Source: Akkermansiaceae bacterium UBA1518
GTDB lineage: Bacteria > Verrucomicrobiota > Verrucomicrobiia > Verrucomicrobiales > Akkermansiaceae
DNA: 64,000 nt
NCBI GenBank assembly: GCA_002323895.1
Contig: DCQM01000148.1
Span: 5,058 to 69,057, forward strand
Direction of reading: 5' to 3'
How positions within the stretch are numbered: position 1 is the first letter of the stretch; every line of letters begins with the position of its first letter. The translations under genes were made by a program, and so were the position numbers. Under the pieces are notes generated by a model. It ran no database searches. It was not told where the DNA came from and was given only the letters and a program-made list of their open reading frames with translations. Positions 1 to 9,195 of the stretch are shown in pieces.

Positions 1-330
1 CACCGCTTCCTTGTCGAAGCGTCCACTCAAACCCACCAACACTTTGAGATTATCCCAACCACTCATGTAATCGTAGAATGCTGGGGCCTCAAAAATTGAG
101 CCCACCTTACAAAGTGCTTGTTGCGGGTTTTTTCGAACTGAAACTCCACCGATGAAGACCTCTCCACTTTCAGCGCCCACCATACTAAGGATAATTCCAA
201 GCGTGGTACTTTTTCCTGCACCATTATGGCCGAGGAGACCATAGATTTCCCCGCGGTTGACCTCAAAAGAGATACCCTTCAATGCATCCTTCCCTGCAAA
301 TTTTTTTGTGAGATTTTGAACCTTCAGCAT
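1..330 (-). CDS. ABC transporter ATP-binding protein, N-terminal 110 codons (gene runs off the left edge)
   Basis: Absent from the ORF track because its stop lies outside the window. Reverse-strand reading from ATG 330-328 gives MLKVQNLTKKFAGKDALKGISFEVNRGEIYGLLGHNGAGKSTTLGIILSMVGAESGEVFIGG..., open to position 1. GHNGAGKST is a Walker A loop at the normal ABC position. The ATG overlaps the TGA of the upstream gene by 1 nt (TGATG). Confidence 0.85.
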   Translation of the reverse strand, partial: MLKVQNLTKKFAGKDALKGISFEVNRGEIYGLLGHNGAGKSTTLGIILSMVGAESGEVFIGGVSVRKNPQQALCKVGSIFEAPAFYDYMSGWDNLKVLVGLSGRFDKEAV

Positions 331-845
331 CACTCAGTTTTCACATCAAAGTCCAGATCCTTCCCCGCTGATAAATCAAGAAAAAGAAAATTCGTGCCAT
401 TTTCATCTCCATGATATGCCTCCTTGTCATGAATTAAGGGAATCTTTGAACTCCCACGCGACATTCCCATCATAATCACTTTAGTCCGTTTGAAACCACT
501 GGCACGGTGATTCCAAAAATAGCTCGACCCGGTCTTACGATAATCCTCGTGGTCGGCCGGACATTGAAAAACCTCAGGCCCATCCACATAGGGACTAAGG
601 ACCTCCTCCAGAACATTATTCCCACCAGAATGGGACTTCCTCCCCATTTTGATTTGCGGGAAAAAATTGCCATTTTCAGCAAGGTAACTCTCAAGAGCAG
701 TACCCAAACCTTTAAGTCTTGTGACGCATTGAGCAGATTGAGCTGTCGACTTCATTCCCCCGAAAATGGGTAAGCCAACACTTGCGAGCGCGATCATAAT
801 CCCCACCACCACTACTAGCTCTGTCACCGTGAAACCACCCCTCAT
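330..845 (-). CDS. prepilin-type N-terminal cleavage/methylation domain protein (pseudopilin-like, DUF1559-like)
   Basis: 171 aa. MRGG/FTVTELVVVVGIMIALASVGL is a class III signal (G-F-T-x-x-E, Glu at +5, hydrophobic helix). C-terminal HGDENGTNFLFLDLS resembles the H-X9-DG motif of PVC pseudopilin-like proteins (here H-X11-DL). ATGA overlap with 842..1465; TGATG overlap with the ABC gene. Confidence 0.8.
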   Translation of the reverse strand: MRGGFTVTELVVVVGIMIALASVGLPIFGGMKSTAQSAQCVTRLKGLGTALESYLAENGNFFPQIKMGRKSHSGGNNVLEEVLSPYVDGPEVFQCPADHEDYRKTGSSYFWNHRASGFKRTKVIMMGMSRGSSKIPLIHDKEAYHGDENGTNFLFLDLSAGKDLDFDVKTE

Positions 846-1465
846 AGCCCTACCTTTGGCTTAGCAAAGCCCTGAACAATCTCACCAACCGCATCCATGA
901 AAGGGAGTAGCGACATCTTGATATCAGCAGAAGCTCCCTGATAATAGGAACTAAATCCCTTGCTAATCACCACGTTTAAAATTTCAGGGTCCTCTTCCTT
1001 CAAGCGAGCAAGCGCCTCAGCACCTTTTCCATCGGTCATATCCTGAACTGATCTCTCCACCATTTTTTGGCGCTCTTCGGAAGGCATTTCGTCGAATGAC
1101 TTCATGAGCCTCTCCATATTCTCGTTAAAAATTAAATCAACAAAGCGAAGCTTCTCCTCCTTGGAAAATCGAAAAAACATCTCGATAACCTCACCCTGTT
1201 CGTCGAGCTGCTTCCGCTGCCTCAAATCAAGTCGGTTGAGCGTCCCGGCTATTTCATCGATACTTTCTATCCGCTGCTCCCTTCTCGACTCCGAGTAACT
1301 TGTCAGTTCTTTAATAGACCAATCCTCAAACTCGGCGTGTCCGATCATACCTGACACCTTTGCCGGAGTCGCTTTCCTTGCACCACTCCAACTCGTCACC
1401 CCCCAAACCATCGCCCAGATTAAACCTAACACGATCGAGCCTCGAAGCAATGTTCCCATGTTCAT
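842..1465 (-). CDS. hypothetical single-pass membrane protein
   Basis: 207 aa. One N-terminal TM helix (GSIVLGLIWAMVWGV) followed by charged, helix-like sequence (EERQKMVERSVQDM..., LARLKEEDPEIL). No motif I recognise. Coding is supported by length and the 4-nt ATGA overlap with the next gene. Confidence 0.6.
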   Translation of the reverse strand: MNMGTLLRGSIVLGLIWAMVWGVTSWSGARKATPAKVSGMIGHAEFEDWSIKELTSYSESRREQRIESIDEIAGTLNRLDLRQRKQLDEQGEVIEMFFRFSKEEKLRFVDLIFNENMERLMKSFDEMPSEERQKMVERSVQDMTDGKGAEALARLKEEDPEILNVVISKGFSSYYQGASADIKMSLLPFMDAVGEIVQGFAKPKVGL

Positions 1466-1517
1466 TTTTTCTAGCTTAACCCCTTTCTCTATGGGTGCAA
1501 ACGATCATCATAGATCG

Positions 1518-3482
1518 TTATTTTCGAAAAGCGGACCGAAGCTCTGAGAAGCTGGTCACTCTTAACGAGAGCACCCCGATTCCATAAATAGTTGCACCAA
1601 AGCCCACCAAGATTGCAGTCGAAATCGCTTTTGACCAGGGGCCTGCATCAATCCAGCCAGCCATCAGCGCCTTCGCCCCCAACAATCCCAGAGCCATCAC
1701 CAGACTAGCAATCACCATGCCACGAAGCCGACGCCAATTCTCTGCACTTAAGGTCACAAATCCCCGCAAACCAATCCAAAGTAAAACTACATTTACCCAA
1801 GCTGCGATTGAGGTCGCAATCGCGATCCCAACATGCCCAAAGAAGGGGAAAAGAACTAAGCTTAATACAATATTCACAACTACCGTGATCCCAGCCATCC
1901 ACATCGGAGACTTAGTATTCTCCCTCGCGAAGTATCCCGGCTGCAGCACTTTGATCAAGACATACCCCGGTAATCCTATTGCGAAAGCTCCTAGCGCCCG
2001 ACCGGTTTGAAAGGAATCCGAAGAGGTAAATGTTCCCCTCTCAAAAATGACCGAGATGATTTCTTGCGGAATTACCATCAAAGCAATCGCCGCTGGCACG
2101 GTCACGATCATAGCCAACTCTAGCCCACTCACCATTGTCGCGCGCGCTTCACCTTCCTTACCACTATGAAGCAATCTTGTAATTTCTGGTAACAACACCA
2201 TCCCAAAGGCAATTCCAATCATTCCGAGCGGGAGTTGATAGATCCGGTCTGCATAGTAGATGTAAGAAATCGCCCCCTGTTGGAACGAAGCCACAATCCC
2301 TCCGACCAACAAATTGATCTGCTGGATTCCAGCTGCTATCACGCCGGGTCCCATCAGGACCAAAAGCCTCTTGAAGCTCGAATCAAAAACTGGCTTTTTA
2401 AAAACCACAGGCAAACCGGCTCGAAAACAGACCCACCAAAGCACACCCAGCTGTAAAAAACCTGCGAGCGCTACACAGCAAGCCAAGGCGACTCCCCGCC
2501 ACTCGACAAATTGCACTAGCCCCAGCAATCCACAAAGAAAAACCAAGTTCAGGATAACTGGAGAAAAAGCGGGGGCCGCAAACTTTTTCAAGGTCGTCAA
2601 AACTCCGCTAAGATGCGCTACCAGCGCCATACAAAGCAGATACACAAAAGTGATTTGTGATAGTTTTACCGTTAGATCATAAGCAGCTGGATCATTATTG
2701 TAGATCGCAAGCTCTCCGCCTCCTGAGGCCATCCCCTTAAACACCGCATAATCGTGATCCGGAGGAAGGGGGATCCGCAGAAGCCCACCGTCATTTACAA
2801 GCCAGCCTCCATCTTTAAATAGCTGATCTCGAGCAGCTTCTATTTTTATTTTTTTATCTTCCTCGGTATCAGTATCCTTAAAATTGACCTCTCCGTTACT
2901 TTTGAAACTCTCTAAAACAGCCGACGCTAAATCAACCTCTTCGCCTTCCGCCCTGACCTCTCCACCGAAAACCTCACCAAAAACATCAACGAAAGCAGGA
3001 TTACCACGCTTAACGACACTAAGATTTTCAAAATTGGTTTCCCCCCCTTTCGTCTGTAAATAAACCGCTTTGGCACCCCGCAAAGGAATCCGAAACTCTA
3101 TTGCCTCAGTGCCAAGTTTTTCTTCAGCCTTAGGTAGGAAACCAGGCACTACCACAAGCATAATCGCAGCCATCAGAGGAATCGCCAAAAGAGTTAGCAA
3201 GCCAAGGGTCCCGAACAAAATCGTGAAAGCATTATTGGCAAACTGCATTGCCGAATTACACCCGTCCCTCGTAACCCTTTTCCCGAATAAAGGGATGAAA
3301 GCCGCATTGAAGGCGCCTTCGCCGAAAATCCGACGAAACATGTTGGGAAAGCGAAAGGCAGCAAAAAAGGCATCCGCCACCATTCCAGTCCCCAAAAACC
3401 GTGCAATCAAGATGTCACGCATCACGCCCAAGATTCGGCTCATCAGGGTGAACCCGGAGATCGTCATCAAAGAGCGAAGCAT
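1518..3482 (-). CDS. murJ: lipid II flippase MurJ (MviN family) with a large internal insertion
   Basis: MLRSLMTISGFTLMSRILGVMRDILIARFLGTGMVADAFFAAFRFPNMFRRIFGEGAFNAAFIPLF is the canonical MurJ N-terminus, and the rest is multi-TM. The ORF-track start at 3503 is a TTG; the first ATG is 3482. Confidence 0.9.
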   Translation of the reverse strand: MLRSLMTISGFTLMSRILGVMRDILIARFLGTGMVADAFFAAFRFPNMFRRIFGEGAFNAAFIPLFGKRVTRDGCNSAMQFANNAFTILFGTLGLLTLLAIPLMAAIMLVVVPGFLPKAEEKLGTEAIEFRIPLRGAKAVYLQTKGGETNFENLSVVKRGNPAFVDVFGEVFGGEVRAEGEEVDLASAVLESFKSNGEVNFKDTDTEEDKKIKIEAARDQLFKDGGWLVNDGGLLRIPLPPDHDYAVFKGMASGGGELAIYNNDPAAYDLTVKLSQITFVYLLCMALVAHLSGVLTTLKKFAAPAFSPVILNLVFLCGLLGLVQFVEWRGVALACCVALAGFLQLGVLWWVCFRAGLPVVFKKPVFDSSFKRLLVLMGPGVIAAGIQQINLLVGGIVASFQQGAISYIYYADRIYQLPLGMIGIAFGMVLLPEITRLLHSGKEGEARATMVSGLELAMIVTVPAAIALMVIPQEIISVIFERGTFTSSDSFQTGRALGAFAIGLPGYVLIKVLQPGYFARENTKSPMWMAGITVVVNIVLSLVLFPFFGHVGIAIATSIAAWVNVVLLWIGLRGFVTLSAENWRRLRGMVIASLVMALGLLGAKALMAGWIDAGPWSKAISTAILVGFGATIYGIGVLSLRVTSFSELRSAFRK

Positions 3483-3546
3483 GCGGGGGAAGAATGGATT
3501 CAACCCGCAACAAGCTCAAGCAAGGCTTTGCTAAAAGGTGAAATGC

Positions 3547-4074
3547 CTAAAATGGCCAGAACCAGAATTTTCGGCCAGGGGCCTTTCGCTGATACTGTCC
3601 GTCGCCCACACTTAAAACCTCTACCCTCACTTGGGTCAGCCCATCTTCCTTAAAACCAAGTTTAGAGGCTGCCCTGGGTGTCACGTCGATGATTCGGCCC
3701 GCAATGAATGGCCCCCGGTCGTTGAGACGCATTTTAAGAACCTTTCCATTTGAAAGATTAGTCACCTTCACACGGCAAGGAATCGGAAGTGTTTTGTGCG
3801 CGCCTGAGATATCCAAACGCCCCACCCGCTCTCCAAGAGAAGTGTTCCCACGTTTGAAGCCAAAAAAGCTGCTCTCATCATACCACGAGGCAATTCCCTC
3901 CTCGGAGTAGTGGAGAGCACTCTCAACACTCAAGGGCTGATAATGCTGCCCCCGGATAGTGTAACCGCGGGTCTGATAACCTTTGTAATCAGGTGTCCCA
4001 CATGAAACGAGAAGCAAAGCCGTAGGCAAAGCAACGAGAGCCAATCCTAAAGGCAATCTCATCCTACTCAACAT
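3547..4074 (-). CDS. rlpA: septal ring lytic transglycosylase RlpA family lipoprotein
   Basis: The long ORF 3547..4290 overlaps the HU/IHF gene. Internal ATGs at 4074 (MLSRM...) or 4062 (MRLPLGLALVALPTALLLVSCG) give a lipoprotein signal with lipobox LVSC. IASWYDESSFFGFKRGNTSLGERV...AHKTLPIPCRVKVTNLSNGKVLKMRLNDRGPFIAGRIIDVTPRAASKLGF is the RlpA double-psi beta-barrel signature. Confidence 0.85.
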   Translation of the reverse strand: MLSRMRLPLGLALVALPTALLLVSCGTPDYKGYQTRGYTIRGQHYQPLSVESALHYSEEGIASWYDESSFFGFKRGNTSLGERVGRLDISGAHKTLPIPCRVKVTNLSNGKVLKMRLNDRGPFIAGRIIDVTPRAASKLGFKEDGLTQVRVEVLSVGDGQYQRKAPGRKFWFWPF

Positions 4075-4384
4075 CCCTGGCCTTGATCTCCGGCAACGTC
4101 CGAGCAACTTTTTCCTTGAGAGCCTTTCCAACCTGAAACTTAACCACGGCGCGGTCGGGAATTTTGATCGTTTTGGAGGGATCTTTAGGATTTCGCCCAG
4201 GCCTTCCCTTAGCGATCCTAGTTTCAAATGTTCCGAAATCGCGGATAACGACGTTGTTTGCTGCGGCCAATTCGCGCGAAACAATATCAACGACGAGGTG
4301 TAGCATTTTTGAAGAGAGGGCCTGAGTGACTCCTAACTCGTCGCTTATTTCTTGGATAATTTCTTTTTTAGTAAAATTTGCCAT
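4064..4384 (-). CDS. HU/IHF family DNA-binding protein
   Basis: 106 aa. MANFTKKEIIQEISDELGVTQ...IRDFGTFETRIAKGRPGRNPKDPSKTIKIPDRAVVKFQVGKALKE shows the typical HU/IHF fold sequence, including the beta-arm R-x-G-R-N-P motif. Confidence 0.85.
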   Translation of the reverse strand: MANFTKKEIIQEISDELGVTQALSSKMLHLVVDIVSRELAAANNVVIRDFGTFETRIAKGRPGRNPKDPSKTIKIPDRAVVKFQVGKALKEKVARTLPEIKARDVE

Positions 4385-4478
4385 AATTTGGGGGGAAATA
4401 CCGCCATCTTACGATGAAGACTTAGCACAATCTGTCAAAAAACTTAGGAAAACTAATATATTTTTTTGAATATCCTAA

Positions 4479-5393
4479 TCACATCTCTTTTGTCGTCCTA
4501 AAATGGAGTTTCACAACTTCCGGCAACTTTTCTCTACCGAATTTTTGGATGAATTTACGTGCAAATTCTTTGACGGCAGAACCAGCTCCCAACGGAAGCT
4601 CCAAGCCTACTTTTTCGGAAACACGATCCATCCAATCCAAAAAACTCTCTCGAGCTAAAATAGACCCGGCTGCTACCGCGATATCATTTTCCGCTTTAGT
4701 CCGTTCTTCAAAGATTAGCCTTACCCTTCGATTTTTTAGCTCTCTTGCGATTAATGGCGATTTGGTGAATTGATCCGATAAAGCCCTACCGCAGGATGGA
4801 ACCCGAACTGATAAATCCTTAATTACCGTTGCGTGACCTCTTGCTAGCATACGATTCACGTTATTATATTCCTCATAAAGCAAGTTATACCTCGCGGGAG
4901 CCCATCTGATCACCTTGTATCCACTTCCAACTTCAGCCCGAATTTTAGTAGCCAGCTCCCGAATCCTCTTACCCGAGCTGATTCTCTTACTGTCCATAAT
5001 ACCGGCATTCAGGAGGGCGCGCGTAATCTCGGAATTCGTATAAACCCCGGCTACCACAAGCGGTCCAAAGTAATCCCCCTTACCGCTTTCGTCGATACCG
5101 AAGTGGGGTTCAAACATCTCCGCCTGCCAATGCTCCTCATAGCCCAAACGCGCCTCGCCAATCACTTCAGGTTCGAGAACAAATTTCACAAATTCCTCAG
5201 TCTCTTTTCCTTGAACCAAAACTTTGGGCCCTTTGCGATACACCGTGACATTAAGCTTCCCTCTCTTAGCTGAATAAAGAGCGTGTTCCTTTTCTTGGAA
5301 ATCAAAGCCTCCCCTCGACAAGCAGTCTTTCAAGATCGCAACCTGCTCATCTGACAGAGCCAAGGTATAAGTGACTTTCCCCATTCGCGGCAT
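4479..5393 (-). CDS. rnhC: ribonuclease HIII
   Basis: The N-terminal ~85 aa look like the RNase HIII-specific TBP-like domain (KLNVTVYRKGPKVLVQGKETEEF). This is followed by an RNase HII-fold core with GIDESGKGDYFGPLVVAGV and DSKRIS. The ORF-track start at 5423 is a TTG; the first ATG is 5393 (MPRMGKVTY...). Confidence 0.8.
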   Translation of the reverse strand: MPRMGKVTYTLALSDEQVAILKDCLSRGGFDFQEKEHALYSAKRGKLNVTVYRKGPKVLVQGKETEEFVKFVLEPEVIGEARLGYEEHWQAEMFEPHFGIDESGKGDYFGPLVVAGVYTNSEITRALLNAGIMDSKRISSGKRIRELATKIRAEVGSGYKVIRWAPARYNLLYEEYNNVNRMLARGHATVIKDLSVRVPSCGRALSDQFTKSPLIARELKNRRVRLIFEERTKAENDIAVAAGSILARESFLDWMDRVSEKVGLELPLGAGSAVKEFARKFIQKFGREKLPEVVKLHFRTTKEM

Positions 5394-5476
5394 AACTCTA
5401 ACGCTTTTTTCCCGAATTCCCAATACCCGATTTGCGTTGGCTCAGATAGGCTTCATCCTTACCCTTCTTACGAAGC

Positions 5477-6502
5477 ATGGACAAACCCAGGGCACAATAT
5501 CATCCGGTCAAAAATAAGCGCCAATTCCGGAATGCCCTCCTTGAGTGGTTTCAGGAAAATGCAAAATCCTATCCATGGAGAGAAACAACTGATCCATGGC
5601 CGATCCTCGTATCAGAAATCATGCTTCAGCAGACCACGGTGGCCTCGGTTATCGCCAACCGCCGCTTTGAAAACTTCTTACAAGAATTCCCTAATATCGA
5701 GACAATTTCTGTTGCCCCAGAAGAAAAAATCTTACGAGCTTGGGAAGGGCTCGGTTATTACAATCGCGTTCGCAATCTTCAAAAAGCAGCTCAGACCATT
5801 TTGCAGAATCATGAAGGCAAATTCCCCTCAGACGCTGAAACCCTCGAAACCCTACCCGGAGTTGGTCGTTACACTGCCGGAGCTGTGAGTAGCTTTGCCT
5901 TCAATCACCCTGCTCCCATCGTTGATGGCAATATCGCTCGGGTCCTTTCTCGACTATTGGATTACCACGAAGAAGTTGATTCCACTGAAGGACAAAAAGT
6001 GATTTGGAAGACTGCTAGGGAACTCCTAGCCCCATCAAAAGCTAGGCTGTTCAATTCGGCTCTCATGGAACTTGGGCAAACCATTTGTTCTTCCAAATCT
6101 CCAGCCTGTCTTATCTGTCCCGCCCGAAGCTTCTGCCAGACAAAATCCCCTAGTTTCCTTCCGGTCAAAAAGCCCCGTAAGAAATTCGTCCAAACTGAGG
6201 AACACGCTTTTTTCTGGATTGAGAGTAACCGAATTCTCCTGTCAAAAGGCCATGATTCTCGTCGCAAAGGTTTTTGGAAGCTTCCTCTTCGCTCACCAGA
6301 GGAGTGCTCCCATTTGGATTTCCTCAGTCAACATCGCTACACCATTACGCACCACAAAGTCACTTTGTATCTTTACCACGCCAAACCACCGCATCTTCTC
6401 GAAGGTGAAGAATATCATTTCATTTCAAAACTTTCGAAACTTCCTATCGCCACCCCCATCCGAAAGATCCTCAGCGCGAAAGCTTCGGAGCTTGAGCGCT
6501 AG
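5477..6502 (+). CDS. mutY: A/G-specific adenine DNA glycosylase MutY
   Basis: PWRETTDPWPILVSEIMLQQTTV, HhH-GPD element LPGVGRYTAGAV, 4Fe-4S cluster C-x6-C-x2-C-x5-C (CSSKSPACLICPARSFC), and a C-terminal NUDIX-like extension. Confidence 0.9.
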   Translation: MDKPRAQYHPVKNKRQFRNALLEWFQENAKSYPWRETTDPWPILVSEIMLQQTTVASVIANRRFENFLQEFPNIETISVAPEEKILRAWEGLGYYNRVRNLQKAAQTILQNHEGKFPSDAETLETLPGVGRYTAGAVSSFAFNHPAPIVDGNIARVLSRLLDYHEEVDSTEGQKVIWKTARELLAPSKARLFNSALMELGQTICSSKSPACLICPARSFCQTKSPSFLPVKKPRKKFVQTEEHAFFWIESNRILLSKGHDSRRKGFWKLPLRSPEECSHLDFLSQHRYTITHHKVTLYLYHAKPPHLLEGEEYHFISKLSKLPIATPIRKILSAKASELER

Positions 6503-6660
6503 CCCGAGCAAACTTGACCTAGGGTCCCGCCTCTCCAAACTTTCATAATCTCAGCGCGACATCTTGAGTATTTCGGAGTGAGCCGGCGCTATCCGGCCAA
6601 ACTAATGGCGAGAATTGCGACGAAGCAGACGAAAAACAAAAGATAGAACGAGAAAAAAGT

Positions 6661-7389
6661 TCAAGATTGGAATTGGAAGCGCACTGCCGCGGCCATCCAA
6701 ATCACCGCAGTCTCAGTCCGCAAGACAAGTTCACCCAAACTGACCGGGGCAAAGCTCGACTCAAAAATCCTTTTATATTCTCCTGCCGAGAAATCGCCCT
6801 CTGGCCCCACCATCAAAACCACACGGTCGGGAGCCTCAAGTCTATCGAGTAGTTCCTTTAGAGTTTTAGTTTCTGAAGTGAGCGCACCAACAATTCTAGT
6901 ACCGCCCGGTTCAATATTCTCCAAGTAATTATCAAGCAATGCGGGAACCATTACCTCAGGCAGATGATTCTGCCCACACTGCTTGCAAGCCTCTAACAAT
7001 GTCCTCTGCCACTTTTCCCGCTTCGCCAAAGCCTCGCCAGTCTTGAATCGAACATTCCCTTGATCACTCACCAATGGCTGAATCCGATTTACTCCCATCT
7101 CGGCCGCCTTTTGCAAAATAAGATCAAAACTCTTGCCCTTAGGAATCCCAACCGCGACCTCAAGCTGTGGTAACAATGCTGAAAACCTTCTTGTATCAAT
7201 TATTTCTAAGCACGCTTCATTTTTTGAAATCGCACGAATCGTAGCGTTGGCCTCTTTTCCATTTCCATCAAAAATAACTATATTATCTCCGACCTGCTTT
7301 CGCATCACCTTAAAACAATGATGAGCCTCGCCACCTCTTAATGTGGGATTCTCATCCCACTGGTCGGGTAATAGAAAAAAGCGATCCAT
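6661..7389 (-). CDS. rsmE: 16S rRNA (uracil1498-N3)-methyltransferase RsmE
   Basis: 242 aa. N-terminal PUA-like part (FFLLPDQWDENPTLRGGEAHHCFKVMR) and C-terminal SPOUT knot with LMVGPEGDFSAGE and the LGELVLRTETA motif typical of RsmE. Confidence 0.85.
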   Translation of the reverse strand: MDRFFLLPDQWDENPTLRGGEAHHCFKVMRKQVGDNIVIFDGNGKEANATIRAISKNEACLEIIDTRRFSALLPQLEVAVGIPKGKSFDLILQKAAEMGVNRIQPLVSDQGNVRFKTGEALAKREKWQRTLLEACKQCGQNHLPEVMVPALLDNYLENIEPGGTRIVGALTSETKTLKELLDRLEAPDRVVLMVGPEGDFSAGEYKRIFESSFAPVSLGELVLRTETAVIWMAAAVRFQFQS

Positions 7390-7397
7390 CTTGCGGA

Positions 7398-8549
7398 CTA
7401 GCTATCGAAAAAGCGTTTTGCCTTTTCAAAAAACGACTCCTGAACCGGCGAATTTTTCTCGCCAATTGATTCAGTGAAAGCCTCCAGCCTCTCACGCTGA
7501 TCAGAGTTGAGTCTAGTGGGAACTTCTACCTGGACCTCGACATGAAGATCACCCTTCCCTCGTCCATTTAAAGCAGGCATTCCTCGATCACGCAAACGGA
7601 AGGTCGTTCCACCTTGCGTTCCGGCAGGCACCTTCATGGTCGCACTCCCCGTCAAAGTTGGCACCTCTAATTCCCCTCCCAGAGCCGCCGTTGAAAATGG
7701 CAAGGGCACCTCACAATAGAGATCATCACCATCACGCTGAAAAACATCATGATCACGCAAATGCAGGAATACATACAAATCTCCCGCCGGACCTCCACGC
7801 ATCCCCGCATCACCTTTACCGGTTGAACGAAGTCGGGTCCCATCATCAACTCCAGCCGGAATTCGAATACTCACTCGCTCGGGCGCTTGCTTACGACCAT
7901 TACCGCCACAATCCCCGCAAGGATCAGCAATATTCTGGCCCGCGCCCCGGCAATCAGGGCAAGTCGCCTGCTGAATGAAGATTCCACGTTGTTGACCCAC
8001 TACACCACGTCCGCCGCATGTAGGACAGGTATTCGTGCCAGCGCTGCCCGACTTGGATCCTGAACCAGAACACTTCCCGCAACTCGCATACTTTTCAATT
8101 TCAAGCTCTTTCTCGACCCCCTCGGCTGCCTCCTCCAAGGTGATTTCAAGATCGTATCGCAAATCACTTCCACGTTTTTTCCCAGATCGATCTCGGCGAC
8201 GACCTCCCCCACCACCAAAGAGATCATCAAACATACTTCCGCCACCCCCTCCACCGAAGACTTGGCTGAAAATATCCATCGGGTCGTGGAAACCACCACG
8301 TCCGCCGCCACCTCCGCCGCCACTCTTGAAGGCAGCATGACCATAGCGATCATAGGCTGCCCGCTTCTCCTCATCACTAATAACCTCGTAAGCCTCTCCA
8401 ATCTCTTTAAATTTCTCTTCAGCCTTAGGATCATCCGGATTTTGATCCGGATGATGTTTCATTGCCAACTTGCGATAAGACTTTTTGATATCGCCTTGCG
8501 AGGCATCTCGAGAAACCCCCAGCACCTCGTAATAATCGCGCTCAGCCAT
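7398..8549 (-). CDS. dnaJ: molecular chaperone DnaJ
   Basis: J domain with HPD ([12 protein letters not shown]...KHHPDQNP), Gly/Phe-rich linker, and four CxxCxGxG repeats ([32 protein letters not shown]). Confidence 0.95.
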   Translation of the reverse strand: MAERDYYEVLGVSRDASQGDIKKSYRKLAMKHHPDQNPDDPKAEEKFKEIGEAYEVISDEEKRAAYDRYGHAAFKSGGGGGGGRGGFHDPMDIFSQVFGGGGGGSMFDDLFGGGGGRRRDRSGKKRGSDLRYDLEITLEEAAEGVEKELEIEKYASCGKCSGSGSKSGSAGTNTCPTCGGRGVVGQQRGIFIQQATCPDCRGAGQNIADPCGDCGGNGRKQAPERVSIRIPAGVDDGTRLRSTGKGDAGMRGGPAGDLYVFLHLRDHDVFQRDGDDLYCEVPLPFSTAALGGELEVPTLTGSATMKVPAGTQGGTTFRLRDRGMPALNGRGKGDLHVEVQVEVPTRLNSDQRERLEAFTESIGEKNSPVQESFFEKAKRFFDS

Positions 8550-9148
8550 TACTCAACTCCCCCCTCGTTTTCAGCATCCTCTTCGGGAGATTCCTCCCCA
8601 CCCTTTGCCACGATAACCGCTGCTGCCCGTAACAACCGATCATGCAGAACATACCCCTTACGCTTTACAAAAAGAATCTCTCCCGCCTCGGTACCTTCTT
8701 TTTCCTCCTCAGCTACCGCTTCATGATAATTGGGATCAAAAACCCCCTCAGCAGCAACTTCTTTCACACCTTGCGCAGAAAGAAAATCATCAAGCTGTCC
8801 TTTCACCATAGCCATCCCTTTGTAAATCATTGAATCCTGTTCCTGCTCCGCCATTTGCAGGCCCATCGCAAAATTATCAAAAATCGGAAGCAACTCCTCG
8901 ATTAAACCGGATCGTGCAAATCGCAAATCTTCGGAACGCTCGCGAGCCATCCGCTTTCGATAATTATCCAGATCGGCTGCCGAACGAATCGCCGCTTCCT
9001 TCCACTTCATCGCCTCAGCTTCCGGAGTCAAGGGAACCTCAGGAGCCTCCTCTTCAGGAACCTCCTCATTTTCATTCTCTTCAACAATTTCTTCGGTCGC
9101 TGCGGCGTCTTCCTCAACGACTTCAGTTTCCTGATCGTGATCTTGCAT
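8549..9148 (-). CDS. grpE: nucleotide exchange factor GrpE
   Basis: Acidic N-terminus, then [37 protein letters not shown] and a C-terminal beta domain ([20 protein letters not shown]). The ORF-track start at 9160 is a TTG; the first ATG is 9148. The stop overlaps the dnaJ ATG by 1 nt (TAATG). Confidence 0.9.
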   Translation of the reverse strand: MQDHDQETEVVEEDAAATEEIVEENENEEVPEEEAPEVPLTPEAEAMKWKEAAIRSAADLDNYRKRMARERSEDLRFARSGLIEELLPIFDNFAMGLQMAEQEQDSMIYKGMAMVKGQLDDFLSAQGVKEVAAEGVFDPNYHEAVAEEEKEGTEAGEILFVKRKGYVLHDRLLRAAAVIVAKGGEESPEEDAENEGGVE

Positions 9149-9195
9149 GGCGGGAACCAATACCGTCCCTCTCCCAATGTCAACCCGTCGCTTTA

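Noticed and set aside
4075-4290. N-terminal 72 codons of the 247-aa ORF 3547..4290
   Set aside because: They overlap the HU/IHF gene in another frame. The RlpA lipoprotein signal begins at the internal Met (4074/4062).
4422-4428. TTAGCAC, a CIRCE half-site-like string
   Set aside because: There is no inverted GAGTGCTAA partner 9 nt away, and it lies upstream of the HU/IHF gene, not of grpE/dnaJ.
8035-8434. Pro-rich and Val/Ala-rich ORFs and apparent G/C-rich repeats around 8.0-8.4 kb
   Set aside because: These are alternative frames and the antisense strand of the Gly/Phe-rich and zinc-finger regions of dnaJ. It is low-complexity coding sequence, not a repeat element or CRISPR.
9157-9183. 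TTGACA ... TATTGG promoter-like pair upstream of grpE (minus strand)
   Set aside because: The spacer is only 15 nt, the -10 is poor, and promoter consensus for this phylum is uncertain. Not reported as a feature.
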